Positions 1 to 12,074 of a stretch of 52,027 nucleotides of DNA are shown one piece after another. The DNA is from Octopus bimaculoides. Its lineage: Eukaryota. Made by a program: the position numbers and the translations under genes. Each line of letters begins with the position of its first letter. The first letter of the stretch is position 1. Under the pieces are notes generated by a model that was given only the letters and a program-made list of their open reading frames with translations, was not told the DNA's origin and made no database searches. The DNA lies in the NCBI RefSeq assembly GCF_001194135.2, contig NC_068986.1, positions 90,898,019 through 90,950,045 on the forward strand, read 5' to 3'.

Positions 1-323
1 AATACAAAGACCTGGAAATAGAGATAACTCGAATGTGGAATCTCAAAACAGAAACAATTCCTATCATAGTAGGTACCTTAGGTATAATAAAAAAATATTC
101 AGACAAATACATAACAAAAACACCAGGACTTACAAATATATATAACATACAGAAAATTGCACTACTGGGCACTGCACACATTCTACGCAAAACACTTTCA
201 ATACAGTAACCATAAGAGCATCACAGCAAACCACAGCACATACCCAAGGCACACAGAGCTGCGCTTGGTAGTGAAGTGAAAGCACGTTATAAAAATAAAA
301 CTACTGAACAATAATAATAATAA
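1..323 (+). mobile_element. 3' end of an R4/Dong-like non-LTR retrotransposon (restriction-like endonuclease C-terminus, 3' UTR, (TAA)n tail)
   Basis: Frame from nt 3 reads YKDLEIEITRMWNLKTETIPIIVGTLGIIKK...IQKIALLGTAHILRKTLSIQ* (stop 207-209), typical of the R4-clade REL domain. Ends in aataataat. Near-identical copy at ~8850-9172. Confidence 0.8.
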
Positions 324-324
324 T

Positions 325-540
325 AATAATCATTTCATGTCTACTTTGCATGCTGGCATAGGTTATATGATTTGGCTGAAACTGGTAAGCTTGGTGGGCA
401 GCATCAAGTTCCAGTCTGATTTGGTGTGGGTTCTATGGCTGGATGCCTTTCCTAATGCCAACCACTTCTAGAGTGTAATGGGTACTCTTTATGTGCCACT
501 AGGATGGGTGCTATTTACATGTCAGCAATAGAGGTTTGTA
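325..540 (-). mobile_element. degenerate SINE / RTE-3'-tail-type repeat
   Basis: catcatttcatgtctactttgcatgctggcatagg...ggatgcctttcctaatgccaaccac resembles the better-preserved copy at 17983-18297. Confidence 0.6.
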
Positions 541-714
541 AAGTAATGTGAGTTGTATAATAATAAAAGGTGATGAATGAATGATTATTAATGAAAAGGT
601 TTTGTATATCTGATGGAAATTCTCATGAGACTGTCATTGTGTTCATCCCTGGAGTAAGAATAATACGATTGAAGAGCTCCATTACATTTATAACAACAAC
701 ATGAACAACAAAGA

Positions 715-860
715 TGATGATCCTTTCTATTATAGGCAAAAGGCCTGAAATTTGGTGGGGAGGAGTTAGTCAATTGCATTGACCCCAGTGCCCAAGTGGT
801 ACTTATTTTATTGACTTTCAAAGCATGAAAGCCAAAGCTGAGCTCTGCAGAATTTGAAAT
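715..860 (-). mobile_element. degenerate tRNA-derived SINE; further copies near 1235-1390, 8005-8200, 9780-10200, 12420, 13125, 16350, 20370, 39870, 40550, 40960, 45460
   Basis: Shares the gaccccagtg/ggtacttatttta/aaggatgaaaggcaaagt/gaatttgaa blocks with the intact SINE at 22280-22480. Confidence 0.65.
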
Positions 861-1179
861 GAGAATTTAATGACAGACAAAAGGTTTTGTCCGAAAAGGT
901 AGGAAAGTTCGTCTAAACAGAGGAAGAAAACGGAGAAAGATATAATAAATAAATATATAAATAGATAAATAAATAAATAGAACTCCCAAAGGGAGAGGCG
1001 CTTCGAAAAAGGAAAGGTTACACGTGGAAAAACCCATAAAACCACGGGAGCATGGTCAGAAAAAATAAGAAAGGGGTATAGAGCCCTTTCTCCTTTTACA
1101 TTACCTTTTTTTTTCTTTCTACAAGTGTATTCTCAGAATTGGTCCGTTTATACTGGCCATTCTTCCAACAGTCACCCAT

Positions 1180-1228
<49 letters not shown>

Positions 1229-1738
1229 GTAATCGTTTCTACTATAGGCACAGGGCTTAAAATTTTGGAGGAGGGGGCTAATTAAACTACATCAACTGCA
1301 AAAGGATGAAAGGCAAAGTTGACCCTGACGGAATTTGAAATTAGCATTTTCACCCAGCATGCTAATGAATCTACCAGCACACCACCTTAATAATAATTTT
1401 ATCAAAACTGGAACGTTCACCTTAGGAGAAAATAAAATCAGATCCTAAAGAGCAGGGAAAAAAAATGTCTTCTCAATTAGCAGTGATGTGAGGATAAACA
1501 ACAAAAAACCACAGCAAAACAAATACGAGAAATTCCAGCCATCCTTTAAATACAATCTCCAAAAACTTAACATTACAAGGCTCAGCATATTTACAAACAG
1601 GATTCATTCCATAAAGTCAATATATCAAACATAGGAAGACACTTCTTTCACGACTTCACTGGTATGAAAATGATTTTCAGCAATTCAGAAACAATTTCAA
1701 AACCAATAACAACTTAGATTTCTCATATGCTGATCACA

Positions 1739-1772
1739 ATGATGATAATGATGATGATGGTGGTGGTGATGG

Positions 1773-1839
<67 letters not shown>

Positions 1840-1872
1840 GATGATGATGATGATTAATTTGATGATGATGAT
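1739..1872. repeat. (GAT)n microsatellite; others at 1183-1227 (AAT), 8199-8286 (TAC/TAA), 21872-21980 (ATG), 22541-22614 (ATT), 23353-23450 (ATG)
   Basis: Directly visible simple repeats. Confidence 0.95.
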
Positions 1873-2419
1873 TACAGTGGCAATAACAACAGCAACAATT
1901 TAGTTTTTCTTTTCAGTTCTCTTTTAATGAATATTTCATATGTAATATGGAAACTGTAGGATCCAAATGGTTTTGAGTTTAAAGTAGAACTTACACAAAC
2001 AGTTATGTTCCATGGATGGTATAAAATAACAAAAGAAACTAAAACAAATATAGAATAGAGAAATTGTTTAAGTGTTNNNNNNNNNNNNNNNNNNNNNNNN
2101 NNNNNNNNNNNNNNNNNNNNNNNNNNNNNNNNNNNNNNNNNNNNNNNNNNNNNNNNNNNNNNNNNNNNNNNNNNNNNNNNNNNNNNNNNNNNNNNNNNNN
2201 NNNNNNNNNNNNNNNNNNNNNNNNNNNNNNNNNNNNNNNNNNNNNNNNNNNNNNNNNNNNNNNNNNNNNNNNNNNNNNNNNNNNNNNNNNNNNNNNNNNN
2301 NNNNNNNNNNNNNNNNNNNNNNNNNNNNNNNNNNNNNNNNNNNNNNNNNNNNNNNNNNNNNNNNNNNNNNNNNNNNNNNNNNNNNNNNNNNNNNNNNNNN
2401 NNNNNNNNNNNNNNNNNNA

Positions 2420-3109
2420 GATTATGACAAGTACAATGTTTATGAGATTGATTCGCTCTTGTTGAGAAGATTCTTCTTTACTTTGCTTTTTCTTCAAATG
2501 CTGATTAATAGTCTTCCGAACAAATGAATAAAGTACAGTCGTGCTGAGGACAAGAATACTGTAAACAATTAATGCCATGAGAGCATATGACCAAAGAAAT
2601 GATCCCCTTAAGACATTCTCACATTCCATAAATATTTTGTTTTCATGAAAAATGGGAACACCCTCAGTGTAGAGAACAGGTGGTAGTACCAATACAACTG
2701 ATAATACAATGATGAAAATAATAAGAGAATTGCGTAGTTTTGGAGTAATTTGTTTACTAAGTGGACAACATATTTTTGTGAACCTTTCAATGGCAATGGT
2801 AAAAAGAATAAAGGATGAAATAGTAGAACAGATGAAGACAATAAACTTGTAAAATTTGCACAAATAATTTGATTGAATTGCAGGGTAAAGTTCAGCCATT
2901 TCCAGAGGCATTCCAAAGATACATCCAATGAGATCAATGACAGCTAGTACAAAGATGAATGTTTCTACATTGCTTTTCTGGGATTGGCGTACATAAATAT
3001 ATACCACAAACGTGTTACCTATGAGTCCTACAATTAGGAAGAAAGGTATGATACTAAAAACAACTAATCTTGAAAGCAAAACAGGATCAGACAAATGGGT
3101 TGCATTCAT
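2420..3109 (-). CDS. class A (rhodopsin-like) orphan GPCR, array copy 1; 3' part hidden in N gap 2077-2419
   Basis: ATG at 3109; MNATHLSDP, TM1 GLIGN, TM2 LAVIDL, TM3 C...ERF, open through TM5/ICL3 up to the gap. Sequence below the gap is homologous to paralog 3' flanks, so the stop lies in the gap. Confidence 0.9.
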
Positions 3110-3599
3110 GTTGAAACAAGTGTGTAGTTTCTAGTTTAGTAAGAATTATGTAAATATGTTGATAGCTGATATGCATATATGATGTGTGTTCATTTATATA
3201 TATAAATATGTATGCAACAATTTCACAGAATGTACTTGTAGGTAAGCAACATGATTATTGTCTTAACATTATTTGTAATCCAAACTTGTATACTGGAGTT
3301 GTTTTAGTTAAGTCTTTATGCAAATACAACTACAATGTGAAGTAAACATCCAGAGTGAATGATGAAAGTCAAATGCAATAGGTTGTGTGGTATTCCAATT
3401 ATATACATTTACAGATTAGTATACATCCTGTTTTGTTTAGTTTATGATTTAATTTAAGATTACAGATGACGATATTGGGCAAATTTAGAAAATTTACGTA
3501 GGAAGGATGATTCAAACACTTACATTTTCCTAATTTGTTATAATTCATATTGCAGCTGTTTTTTGGTACTTCATTGTTCAGTAGAAGTGGTGTCCCTGA

Positions 3600-3815
3600 T
3601 TGCACAATGGACTTCAATGTCTACCTTATTAGCCAGCTGTGACTCTTGACAATGGAGTCGGAGTGTCATGAAAAGCAGACAACATTCAGGGAGATATATG
3701 CAGCACTATGTAGCCGTATGGTCTATATACATTTATATGTCAGACTTGTTAGATGACCTTTTAACAGGCGAATAACAAAACTTGCAACAGCAGTTGTTGG
3801 GATATCTTGTCCATG
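3600..3815 (+). mobile_element. ancient Tx1-like RT relic embedded in the GPCR upstream region
   Basis: Degenerate translation MDFNVYL..RLLTMESECHEK..ADNI..PYGLY..YMSDLLDDLL aligns by eye with the Tx1 ORF2 segment at 5903-6130 (DFASYFSGMPRLSARDAEFC..ITAKDI..MPGLFSDLLA). Confidence 0.6.
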
Positions 3816-3874
3816 GACAAACTACAAACACGACTGAAAACAATACCTCTGCCTTTGCAAAGGCAGAGGTAATA

Positions 3875-6800
3875 ATCGTTTCTTTATTGGCCACAAGGGG
3901 CCGAACACAAAACAAATAGGGACAATACAAATCTGGAGACATGTGGGGTTTAACACAACAATCAAGTAAACGATAAAATGATGACAATTAACAATAGAAG
4001 TATACAATAAAATTCACCAAAAGCAGAGAGTTCCTCACAGGGACAACCAGGGAACCTCACACGTTCTGGTTATCCCATCTGCCAGACGCACCTCAGTCGA
4101 CGCGTCTCTCCTCTTTACATCCTCTGGTTTATGAATGAAAGTTCAGAGTAGGCCCATTTACACAGGCCATCCTTGCCACACGCACCCACCTTTCAACAAA
4201 TTTACTGGGGAGAGGGGGACAGAACTTCCTTCTCTACTCTCACTTTTCTTTTCAAGTGGAACTTGAAATGGTCAATGAAGGCTTGGCCAAAGAGGAAAGT
4301 AACTGTCTTCAGACCTTTCAATCTCATCCACCACACTAATTCCTTCGCCATAGCCACCAGACTGAGGAAAACTGCCTTTCCTNNNNNNNNNNNNNNNNNN
4401 NNNNNNNNNNNNNNNNNNNNNNNNNNNNNNNNNNNNNNNNNNNNNNNNNNNNNNNNNNNNNNNNNNNNNNNNNNNNNNNNNNNNNNNNNNNNNNNNNNNN
4501 NNNNNNNNNNNNNNNNNNNNNNNNNNNNNNNNNNNNNNNNNNNNNNNNNNNNNNNNNNNNNNNNNNNNNNNNNNNNNNNNNNNNNNNNNNNNNNNNNNNN
4601 NNNNNNNNNNNNNNNNNNNNNNNNNNNNNNNNNNNNNNNNNNNNNNNNNNNNNNNNNNNNNNNNNNNNNNNNNNNNNNNNNNNNNNNNNNNNNNNNNNNN
4701 NNNNNNNNNNNNNNNNNNNNNNNNNNNNNNNNNNNNNNNNNNNNNNNNNNNNNNNNNNNNNNNNNNNNNNNNNNNNNNNNNNNNNNNNNNNNNNNNNNNN
4801 NNNNNNNNNNNNNNNNNNNNNNNNNNNNNNNNNNNNNNNNNNNNNNNNNNNNNNNNNNNNNNNNNNNNNNNNNNNNNNNNNNNNNNNNNNNNNNNNNNNN
4901 NNNNNNNNNNNNNNNNNNNNNNNNNNNNNNNNNNNNNNNNNNNNNNNNNNNNNNNNNNNNNNNNNNTGTCACTCCTGCCCACCACTAATCCCCTATAGAA
5001 CTCCATGGTAGTACTTTCACAAACCATGTTGCCTGACTGGCAAAAAGTTGTGAGTTCTTGCCAAAACTCCAGGTGCCAAGCTACCTTTCTTGGTCTATGC
5101 TTGATACATGACTGTAGCTCTGTGAATGAGATGAGATGCAGAAAATCCTGCTTGACAAACAGTGATCACACCTGTTCACCATAAAGAAAGTGCTGGAGAT
5201 GCTGTAGCCTCAGCACATGTCAGCACATCATTAGCTATGGCATGCCCAGTCCTCCACTCAGTGGCTGTTGACAGTAGATGGACCATCTGACGAGTGGAAC
5301 ACGACTCTTCCACAGAAAGCAAAAGAGCAAGCATTCCACCTTGGTCAGCCACGAAGCAGGGCAAGGGATGACAGTCAGGCGGTAGAAGATGACGGAAGCA
5401 ATGTGCACATTCACCACATCTGCCCGAGTTTTCAGGGACAGGTACCTCTCTGCCCATTTGTGGGAAAGAGTGTGCATACTTGACGTACTGAGCAAGTGAT
5501 GCTGAACAATTTCGAAAGACCACTCAAGTGATGCCACTATACATTGCAGTGATCCAGCCTCTGAAAATCGGACTGAAGTTGGCCTACATCGAGAACAGCC
5601 TCCAAGTATAGATGGTCGACCCTGTCAAAAGCTTTTGATTGATCCAAATTGATCGGAGCCCCACCCATACCAGGGTTCTTCCCTACTCTCTCTATCATGT
5701 AGCACACGAAATGGAGGTTGTCAGGAATAGATCTGTTTGGAATAGCGCATGCCTGTGCGTTACCAACCAACTGACGACAAGCGGTAACCTCTTGCCTAAC
5801 ACCTTTGCCAAAATTTTATAATCTGCATTTAGCAGAGTTATAGCCCTAAAATTATCTAATTGATCCCCTTTATTTGAATCCTTTGTCAGCAGCACCACCA
5901 CATCATCTCCTGTTCTGTTGCCAGTTATGAGAGACATCTGCTAAGAGATCACTGAACAAGCCTGGCATATGAAGACCATCAAACCCTGAAGACTTCTCTC
6001 TTGTGCAGGCCTTCATCATGTCCCGTATGTCTTTGGCTGTTATCGAAATTCTGCAGAACTCTGCATCCCTGGCTGAAAGCCGTGGCATGCCGCTGAAGTA
6101 GGAGGCGAAATCCACCTCCATCCCCAACACTGTTTAACGAAACGCTGTTGAAATTCCATACTTGTCTTCTTGGACTCATGTAGAATATACCTGTCCTGGC
6201 TCAAACAAGGCCAAATTCTGGCTTTGTTGCCATGTTGCACCTCTGCCACCTGGGCCCATTTCATGGACTAGCTTGCTAACCTGGTTTCTGAATGCTTGAC
6301 ACTAGGAAAGATGCATTCAGCTTCCAGTACCCAGGGCTTTGCCAATGGAGCCAATCTAGGTCAATTTTTGCAGCCCCCTTTCCTATCAGCTATTCCCACC
6401 CTATCCAGGTGTGCATCCAAAATAGCGTTTCAATTGCGCACTAGAACTAAAGAGTAAGACATCTCAAGGAAAACCTCCAAACGGCTGAAGAAATCTGGCT
6501 GCCCAGTCCCAAATGGGGCGTATACAGCAACTAGTCTGTAAGCACCAGCAACTTACTTTCTGGGGGTCCAGGAAGATTGTCCATACCTTGAGATTCAGAG
6601 TTTTCCTAAACAGCACTGCTACTCCCCCTTTACATTAGAGGTACCCACGTCTTGCAGGAAGCTCATCCTGATGAGTTTATACACCTCTATAGGCATCCGC
6701 ACCAACACCAATCTTTCTGGCACTTGAAAGGTGCTAGTGCCAAAGATCACACCCTCTCTCTCAACATCCTTCCTTCATGATAAGAAGTCCATCAATTGGA

Positions 6801-7945
6801 CTTCCTCACCAGCTCAAAGTTTGGTGTTTGTGTGGTTGTTTGTTGCTGTTGGGAGTGCTTTCTTTCGGTCAGTTGTGGCAGTTGGGGTAGTGTTAGCGGT
6901 ACTTTTTTTATTGTTGTGCTGGAGAGGTTAGTGATGTTGTAGGTGTGTCTGTGGTAGTTGTCGGTGTATTTTCTATGTTTTTTGATGTGTGTGTTGATGT
7001 GGGACTTGATGCATTTTTGTGATTCCTTTCTGTTATTTTTAGTTTTTATGGTTTCCCCTCATTTTCGCTGTGTTGTCAATGAATCTGAGTCAGTGGAATC
7101 AGGGAGTAGGTCAATGGGGTTGAAGTAGATGGAGAGCTTCATTGAGGGAGCCTGGGTGTTGAGTGTGTTCTTATATGTTGTCTCTTCTGCTGTTAAGGCG
7201 AGTAAAGCTGGTGCATCAGTTCTTGGTGTTGTTGATGTTGCTGGTGCTGCTGAAGTTGCTGGTGTCGCTGCTGTAACTTATGTTGTTGATGATGCTGTTG
7301 TTACTAGGATTGGTGCTGCTTTTGTTACTGGTCGTTCTTGTTGAGGCTTTTGAGGACCTGGTGTTGGCAGTAAGGGACAACCATGGTTCCTTGTCTTCTG
7401 TCATATCAAACAGGTGGCACCGTAACCTTCTACCCTCCACTGTAACATGTAATTCTTCCACTCTTGGGAAGTGAATGAGGTCTGGTTTTCTTGGGAATAG
7501 CTTCTGGTTAAATGTGGAAGAGTACCTCCACAATGGTCCCAGACCAATTTTCATGTCGTGTCCTTTTGACCTCCATGAGGCTGTTGCTCCCTTCCAAAAT
7601 GATCGCTGCGAGAATCCACCACAGGTTTACCTCTGGTGGTATCGCAACTATCTTTATGCGCACCACCCTCCTTAAATAGGATGGATGAAGCATATATTCT
7701 TCAATCCGACAGGAAACCATGGAGTGTTTGGCGGCCAGAGCTTCAAATTTAAAGAGCAGTGAAATGCCTGCAAACTGTTTAGCCTTTGAAATATGAAAGA
7801 TGTCTGGCATTATTTCTTTCAGTGCATCTTCCACATCTGCCAAGCTCACTATCTCTGGCCACTTTGTGTTTATGGAGTGAGCTAAGGAGCAGTAGAGCTG
7901 CTCAGAACCCACACAAGGGAAACCACATTAATAATGGTCAGTAAA
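3875..7945 (-). mobile_element. near full-length, decayed Tx1-like (L1 group) LINE with ORF1 and ORF2 (APE endonuclease, RT, C-terminus); N gap at 4383-4966
   Basis: ORF1 fragments at 7216-7912 (VVRIKIVAIPPEV, EGRRLRCHL knuckle relic). APE-like segment ~6400-6790. RT motifs NFRAITLLNADYKILAKVL, IPNRSIPDNL, NLDQSKAFDRVDHLYL. C-terminus AKELVWWMRLK...FKFHLKRKVRVE. Multiple stops and frameshifts. Confidence 0.8.
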
Positions 7946-8199
7946 AAATATTTGCAGGATCTTTTCTGTTTGGCTGCCACCTTTCAATTTGTTGCAAATT
8001 CATTTCAATTGAAATTTGGTGGGAGGGGACAAGTCAATTACATCAAATCCAGTATACAACTGGTACTTAATTTATTGACCCCGAAAGGATTGAAGGCAAA
8101 GTAAACCATGATGGAATTTGAACTCAGAATGCAGTGACAGGTGAAATACCACTAAGCACTACATCCAACGTGCTAAATGATTCTGCCAGCTTGCTGCCT

Positions 8200-8249
<50 letters not shown>

Positions 8250-8775
8250 ATAATAATAATAATAATAATGATAATAATAATAATAATCATTCTACTCAAG
8301 ATACACAATACTTGTAATTACACTCGACAATATGCAACTCTGGGTTTTACACGGCTCACCAACTCTCCCTTACACTCTCTGTGCATGTTCATTTATATTG
8401 TGGGACAGTCCATTAGGAGCCAACCAAATAGAAGTGTTCTACTTCCACAAAACAATCATTCTACTATCTATGGTACTACGTGACAGCTGAAAACATTCAA
8501 GAGCAGAATAGGCACATATTACACCCACACTTGTATACTTACCTCCTTGTCCCTAGACACACAGATCACTTCTATTCTTTATTATCTTCTTTGCTCACAT
8601 TATTTCTACCAATCATCTCCCTGCTGAGCCTTCAGCCACTATTCTCTCTCCTTCATTACATTCAAATAATAATAACAATAATAACAATAACAATAACAAT
8701 AATAATAATAATAATAATAATGAGAAAAAAGAAGGAAAAAAAAGGAAGAAGAAAAAAAAGAAGGAAAAGAAGAAG

Positions 8776-9172
8776 AAAATGCTTTCTAATTGATGTATCA
8801 ATACCAGCAGATGACAACGTTTCCCTAAAAGAAATGGAAAAACTTTCAAAATACAAAGACGTGGAAATAGAGGTAACTTGAATGTGGAATCTAAAAACAG
8901 AAACAATTCCTACCATAGTAGGCGCCTTAGGTATAATAAAAAAATATTCAGACAAATACATAACAAAAACACCAGGACTTACAAATATGTATAACATACA
9001 GAAAATTGCACTACTGGGTACTGCACACATTCTATGCAAAACACTTTCAATACAGTAACCATAAGAGCATCACAGCAAACCACAGCACATACCCAAGGCA
9101 CACAGAGCTGCGCTTGGTAGTGAAGTGAAAGCACGTTATAAAAATAAAACTACTGAATAATAATAATAATAA
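8776..9172 (+). mobile_element. 5'-truncated R4/Dong-like element (REL domain plus 3' UTR) flanked by (TAA)n
   Basis: KCFLIDVSIPADDNVSLKEMEKLSKYKDVEIEVT (PD..D..K..KY-type REL motif). (AAT)n upstream at ~8665-8720 and at the tail. Confidence 0.8.
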
Positions 9173-9179
9173 ATAATAG

Positions 9180-9745
9180 TAGATGGAACAAACAAGTCAA
9201 TGCTGTGGTCATGGAGTGTTACTACCTGAACAACCCTGTAGATGAAAATGGTGTTCGTATTAGGGGATACTGATAACGTATGTATGATCAACGGAGAGAA
9301 AGCGAATTGTTTCAACTCACGGAAGAGAGATTATGTGATCAAGCTAGAGCAATAAGAAAAAAATCGTTAGTTCACAGAAGTAGAGCTCAATGCTATCAAA
9401 AGACGGGTATTGGAAAATAACATCAGAGGAAAGGATGAAAATACAGTTCTCACTGATAAAAGTAATCTCATAGCGGAAAACAGATGTGAGATATCTAATA
9501 AACCACAGGAAAGGAACAGTGATATCTTGCTCGATGAGAGGCATATAGATGGTCTGGAAGATGACAATAAAACTAATGGTGACATGACAGATGGGCAAAA
9601 GGCAATCTATGACAGAATAAAGGCCAGGCTACAGGAGAACGATAGCAACATTATTTGCAACCATAAAATAGTTGATCGGTGGAAACTGAACCAAGAAATG
9701 AAAAATGTGAATGAAATTCTGAAATACATAACGACTGGGTTATGG
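9180..9745 (+). mobile_element. N-terminal ORF fragment of an R4/Dong-like element
   Basis: Degenerate translation RWNKQVNAVVMECYYL..P....RGY..RMYDQ..E..LFQLTEERLCDQARAIRK matches my recollection of the R4-clade N-terminal domain. Confidence 0.6.
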
Positions 9746-10399
9746 CATAGAGATAGCAATATCGCAGGAGAGGTAAGTTAATTATATCAAACCCAACATT
9801 CAACTGGTACTAATTTCATGGAAGTTCAAATGATGAAACGTAAAACTAACCTTGGTGGAATTTGAACACAGATCATAAAACCAGAAGAAATGCTGCTCAG
9901 CAGTCTTTCTGGCAGGCTTACATTGACCCCAGTGCTCAAATGATGCTTATTTCATTGCTCCTGAAAGGATGAAATGCAAATTTCCCCTTGATGAATTTGA
10001 ACCCAAAACATAATGACAGATGAAATGACACCAAGTGTTTTGCACAGGGTGCTAATGATTCTTCCAGGTCACTACCTTAATAATAATAATAATAATAATA
10101 ATCCTTTCTACTATAGGCAAAAGGCCTAAAATTTTGGTGGAGGGGGTAAGTCGATTGCATTAACCACAGTACTCAATGAATACTCATTTCATTAACCCTA
10201 AAACGATTATCACAACGCATTTCTGCAAGAAATTGTCAATGCTGGTCATCACTTTTACTAGTTTTTTTACACCTGAAGATCTGAACAAAACCAGACAAAT
10301 CTCCTGCATCCCATTTCATGTGGGATGTGCCTCATCGTCTCTATTTCCCAGAACAGTGACAAAGAATCAATGTACAGAGGGAAGATGACATCCTTGAAG

Positions 10400-11030
10400 G
10401 ATTGACTGCCAAAATACTAAATGGCTCTGAGAGGTAGCCATTCACCTTAACCACTAAGAAAATATTGCTACACACAGCTGTAATCCAGCCCCTGAAGAAT
10501 GTACTGAGGCTAGCTGTTGTGAGGATTGCTGCCAAATATTGGTGGGTGACCCTATTGAATGCTTCCAATTGTCCTGCATTATCACCCTTGTTTGGGTCCT
10601 TTCTCACTACAGATCTTCTACATCCTACTTCATGTGTGCTGCACCTTAAGGCCACTAGTTTCCACAGAGATGGCTAAGGAGTCAGTGCATACAGAAGAGA
10701 AGGTGCAATTGACCTGAACTGATCAGAGCTCACCTACGCCATGTTCATTACCCACTTTCTCTATGATGTATTGCATGAGGTGGATGTTGTAATGCATTGA
10801 TATGTTCAGGATACTGCATGTTTGCATATCATCAGTCTGACTATTGAAGACAAGTGCAAAATTCCTTGCGAACATCTTGGCCAAAATCTTGAAATCTACT
10901 TTGAGCAAAAGTTATGTACCAAAAATTATAGATGTGGTCATCCTTGTTTCAGTCTTGCCTTGTCAACACTACTGTTGCAAGTTTTGGTATCCACCTGTCA
11001 AAGGGTCATCTAACAAGCCTGCTATATAAA
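10400..11030 (-). mobile_element. Tx1-like RT relic, part of an inverted GPCR-upstream block
   Basis: LLKVDFKILAKMFARN...YNIHLMQYIIEKVG and YQYLAAIL segments; reverse complement of 43790-44500 and 3735-3815. Confidence 0.7.
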
Positions 11031-11950
11031 TGTATACAGACCATACAGTAACCTATCTAAACAAAGTGATTTGTCCCTCATGCAGCTAGATATTGCTGGA
11101 ACATTGTCTGATTTTCACAACACTCTCCCTCCATTGCCAAGAGTTACAACTCACTGATGAGGTGATCATTGAAGTCCATTGTGCAATCAGGGACACCACT
11201 TGTTCTGGGTGATCTTACAGTATGAGTCCTAAATATCGGCCTTTTCTGTAAAAAATGTCTTCGGCGATCTTTACCAAAGATCAGCCTTTTCCATAAAAAG
11301 TGTTGGAGAGAAACAGGGAAACGATGTCATAAAAGCGAAAGACATACAGAGAGTGTGATTTATTTTGAAGGGTTTAGGGTTAGGATTAGGGTTTGGGTTT
11401 TAGGCTTTGTGTTAGGGAATTCTGTCCCTAACCGTAACCATAACCCTAAACACTAACCGTAACCCTAAAACCCTAACCCTGACACTAAAACCCTAACCCT
11501 AACACCGTAGTGAAGTTCGTGCAGGTGTTACAGAAAAGGCCGATCTTTGGTAAAGATCGCCGAAGACACTTGTTACGGAAAAGGCCGATATTTAGGACTC
11601 GTACCATAAGATCGCCCTTGTTCTGAACAGTGAAATACCTAAGAACAGCTGCAATACTAATAGTAACAAATTAGGAAATTGTAGGTTTTTGAATCACCCT
11701 TCCTACTTAAGTTGGGATGCTTTAATCCTAAGTTGAATCTGCTAAGTTAAACAAAGCAGGATGCGTATAAATCTGTAAATATATATATGTAGAATACCAC
11801 ACAAACTATGACATATTACTTTGATAGCTCTCTGTGGATGTTCACTTCACATCATAATTGTATTTGTGTAAGAACTCAACTAAAACAGAACAAATATCAT
11901 CTCCAGAATACAAGTTTGGATTATAAATGACGTTAAGGCACGAATCAAGT
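10990..11950 (+). promoter_or_regulatory. inverted, CDS-less copy of the GPCR upstream (putative promoter/5' UTR) region
   Basis: 11040-11207, 11617-11790 and 11830-11950 are reverse complements of the blocks upstream of each GPCR. Example: ggatgttcacttcacatcataattgtatttgtgtaagaactcaac here versus gttgagttcttacacaaat...gtgaagtaaacatcc. The promoter function itself is inference. Confidence 0.7.
11208..11616. mobile_element. MULE-type MITE with ~90-bp TIRs, 9-bp TSD and an internal telomere-like core
   Basis: TIRs ggtgatcttacagtatgagtcctaaatatcggcc... / ...ggccgatatttaggactcgtaccataagatcgcc. TSD cttgttctg at 11199-11207 and 11617-11625. Removing the element and one TSD restores the spacing of the empty paralogous site (gggacaccacttctactgaac). 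Confidence 0.85.
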
Positions 11951-12074
11951 TCCTTGATTAATATTGCTATCTTCAAAACTATAAATCTGAGTGTTTGGGA
12001 TGATTTTTTATATTAATTGCTTACTAAACTGCTAAATATCCATTTTCCCCTTTTGAACACTGAAATTTCTTTTC

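Noticed and set aside
2039-3109. 356-aa ORF ending HLNNFSILYLF
   Set aside because: Read-through of an N gap; the tail is 3'-flank sequence. Paralogs are 302-307 aa.
3128-3140. Splice acceptor (ctag) 21 nt upstream of the GPCR ATG, implying an upstream coding exon
   Set aside because: The AG is not conserved (ctgg or ctat in copies 15846, 24836 and 38271). Non-coding upstream exons cannot be excluded.
11369-11503. Chromosome end-to-end fusion site suggested by opposed telomeric repeats
   Set aside because: The tracts are short, degenerate and enclosed by TIRs and a 9-bp TSD, so they belong to a transposon.
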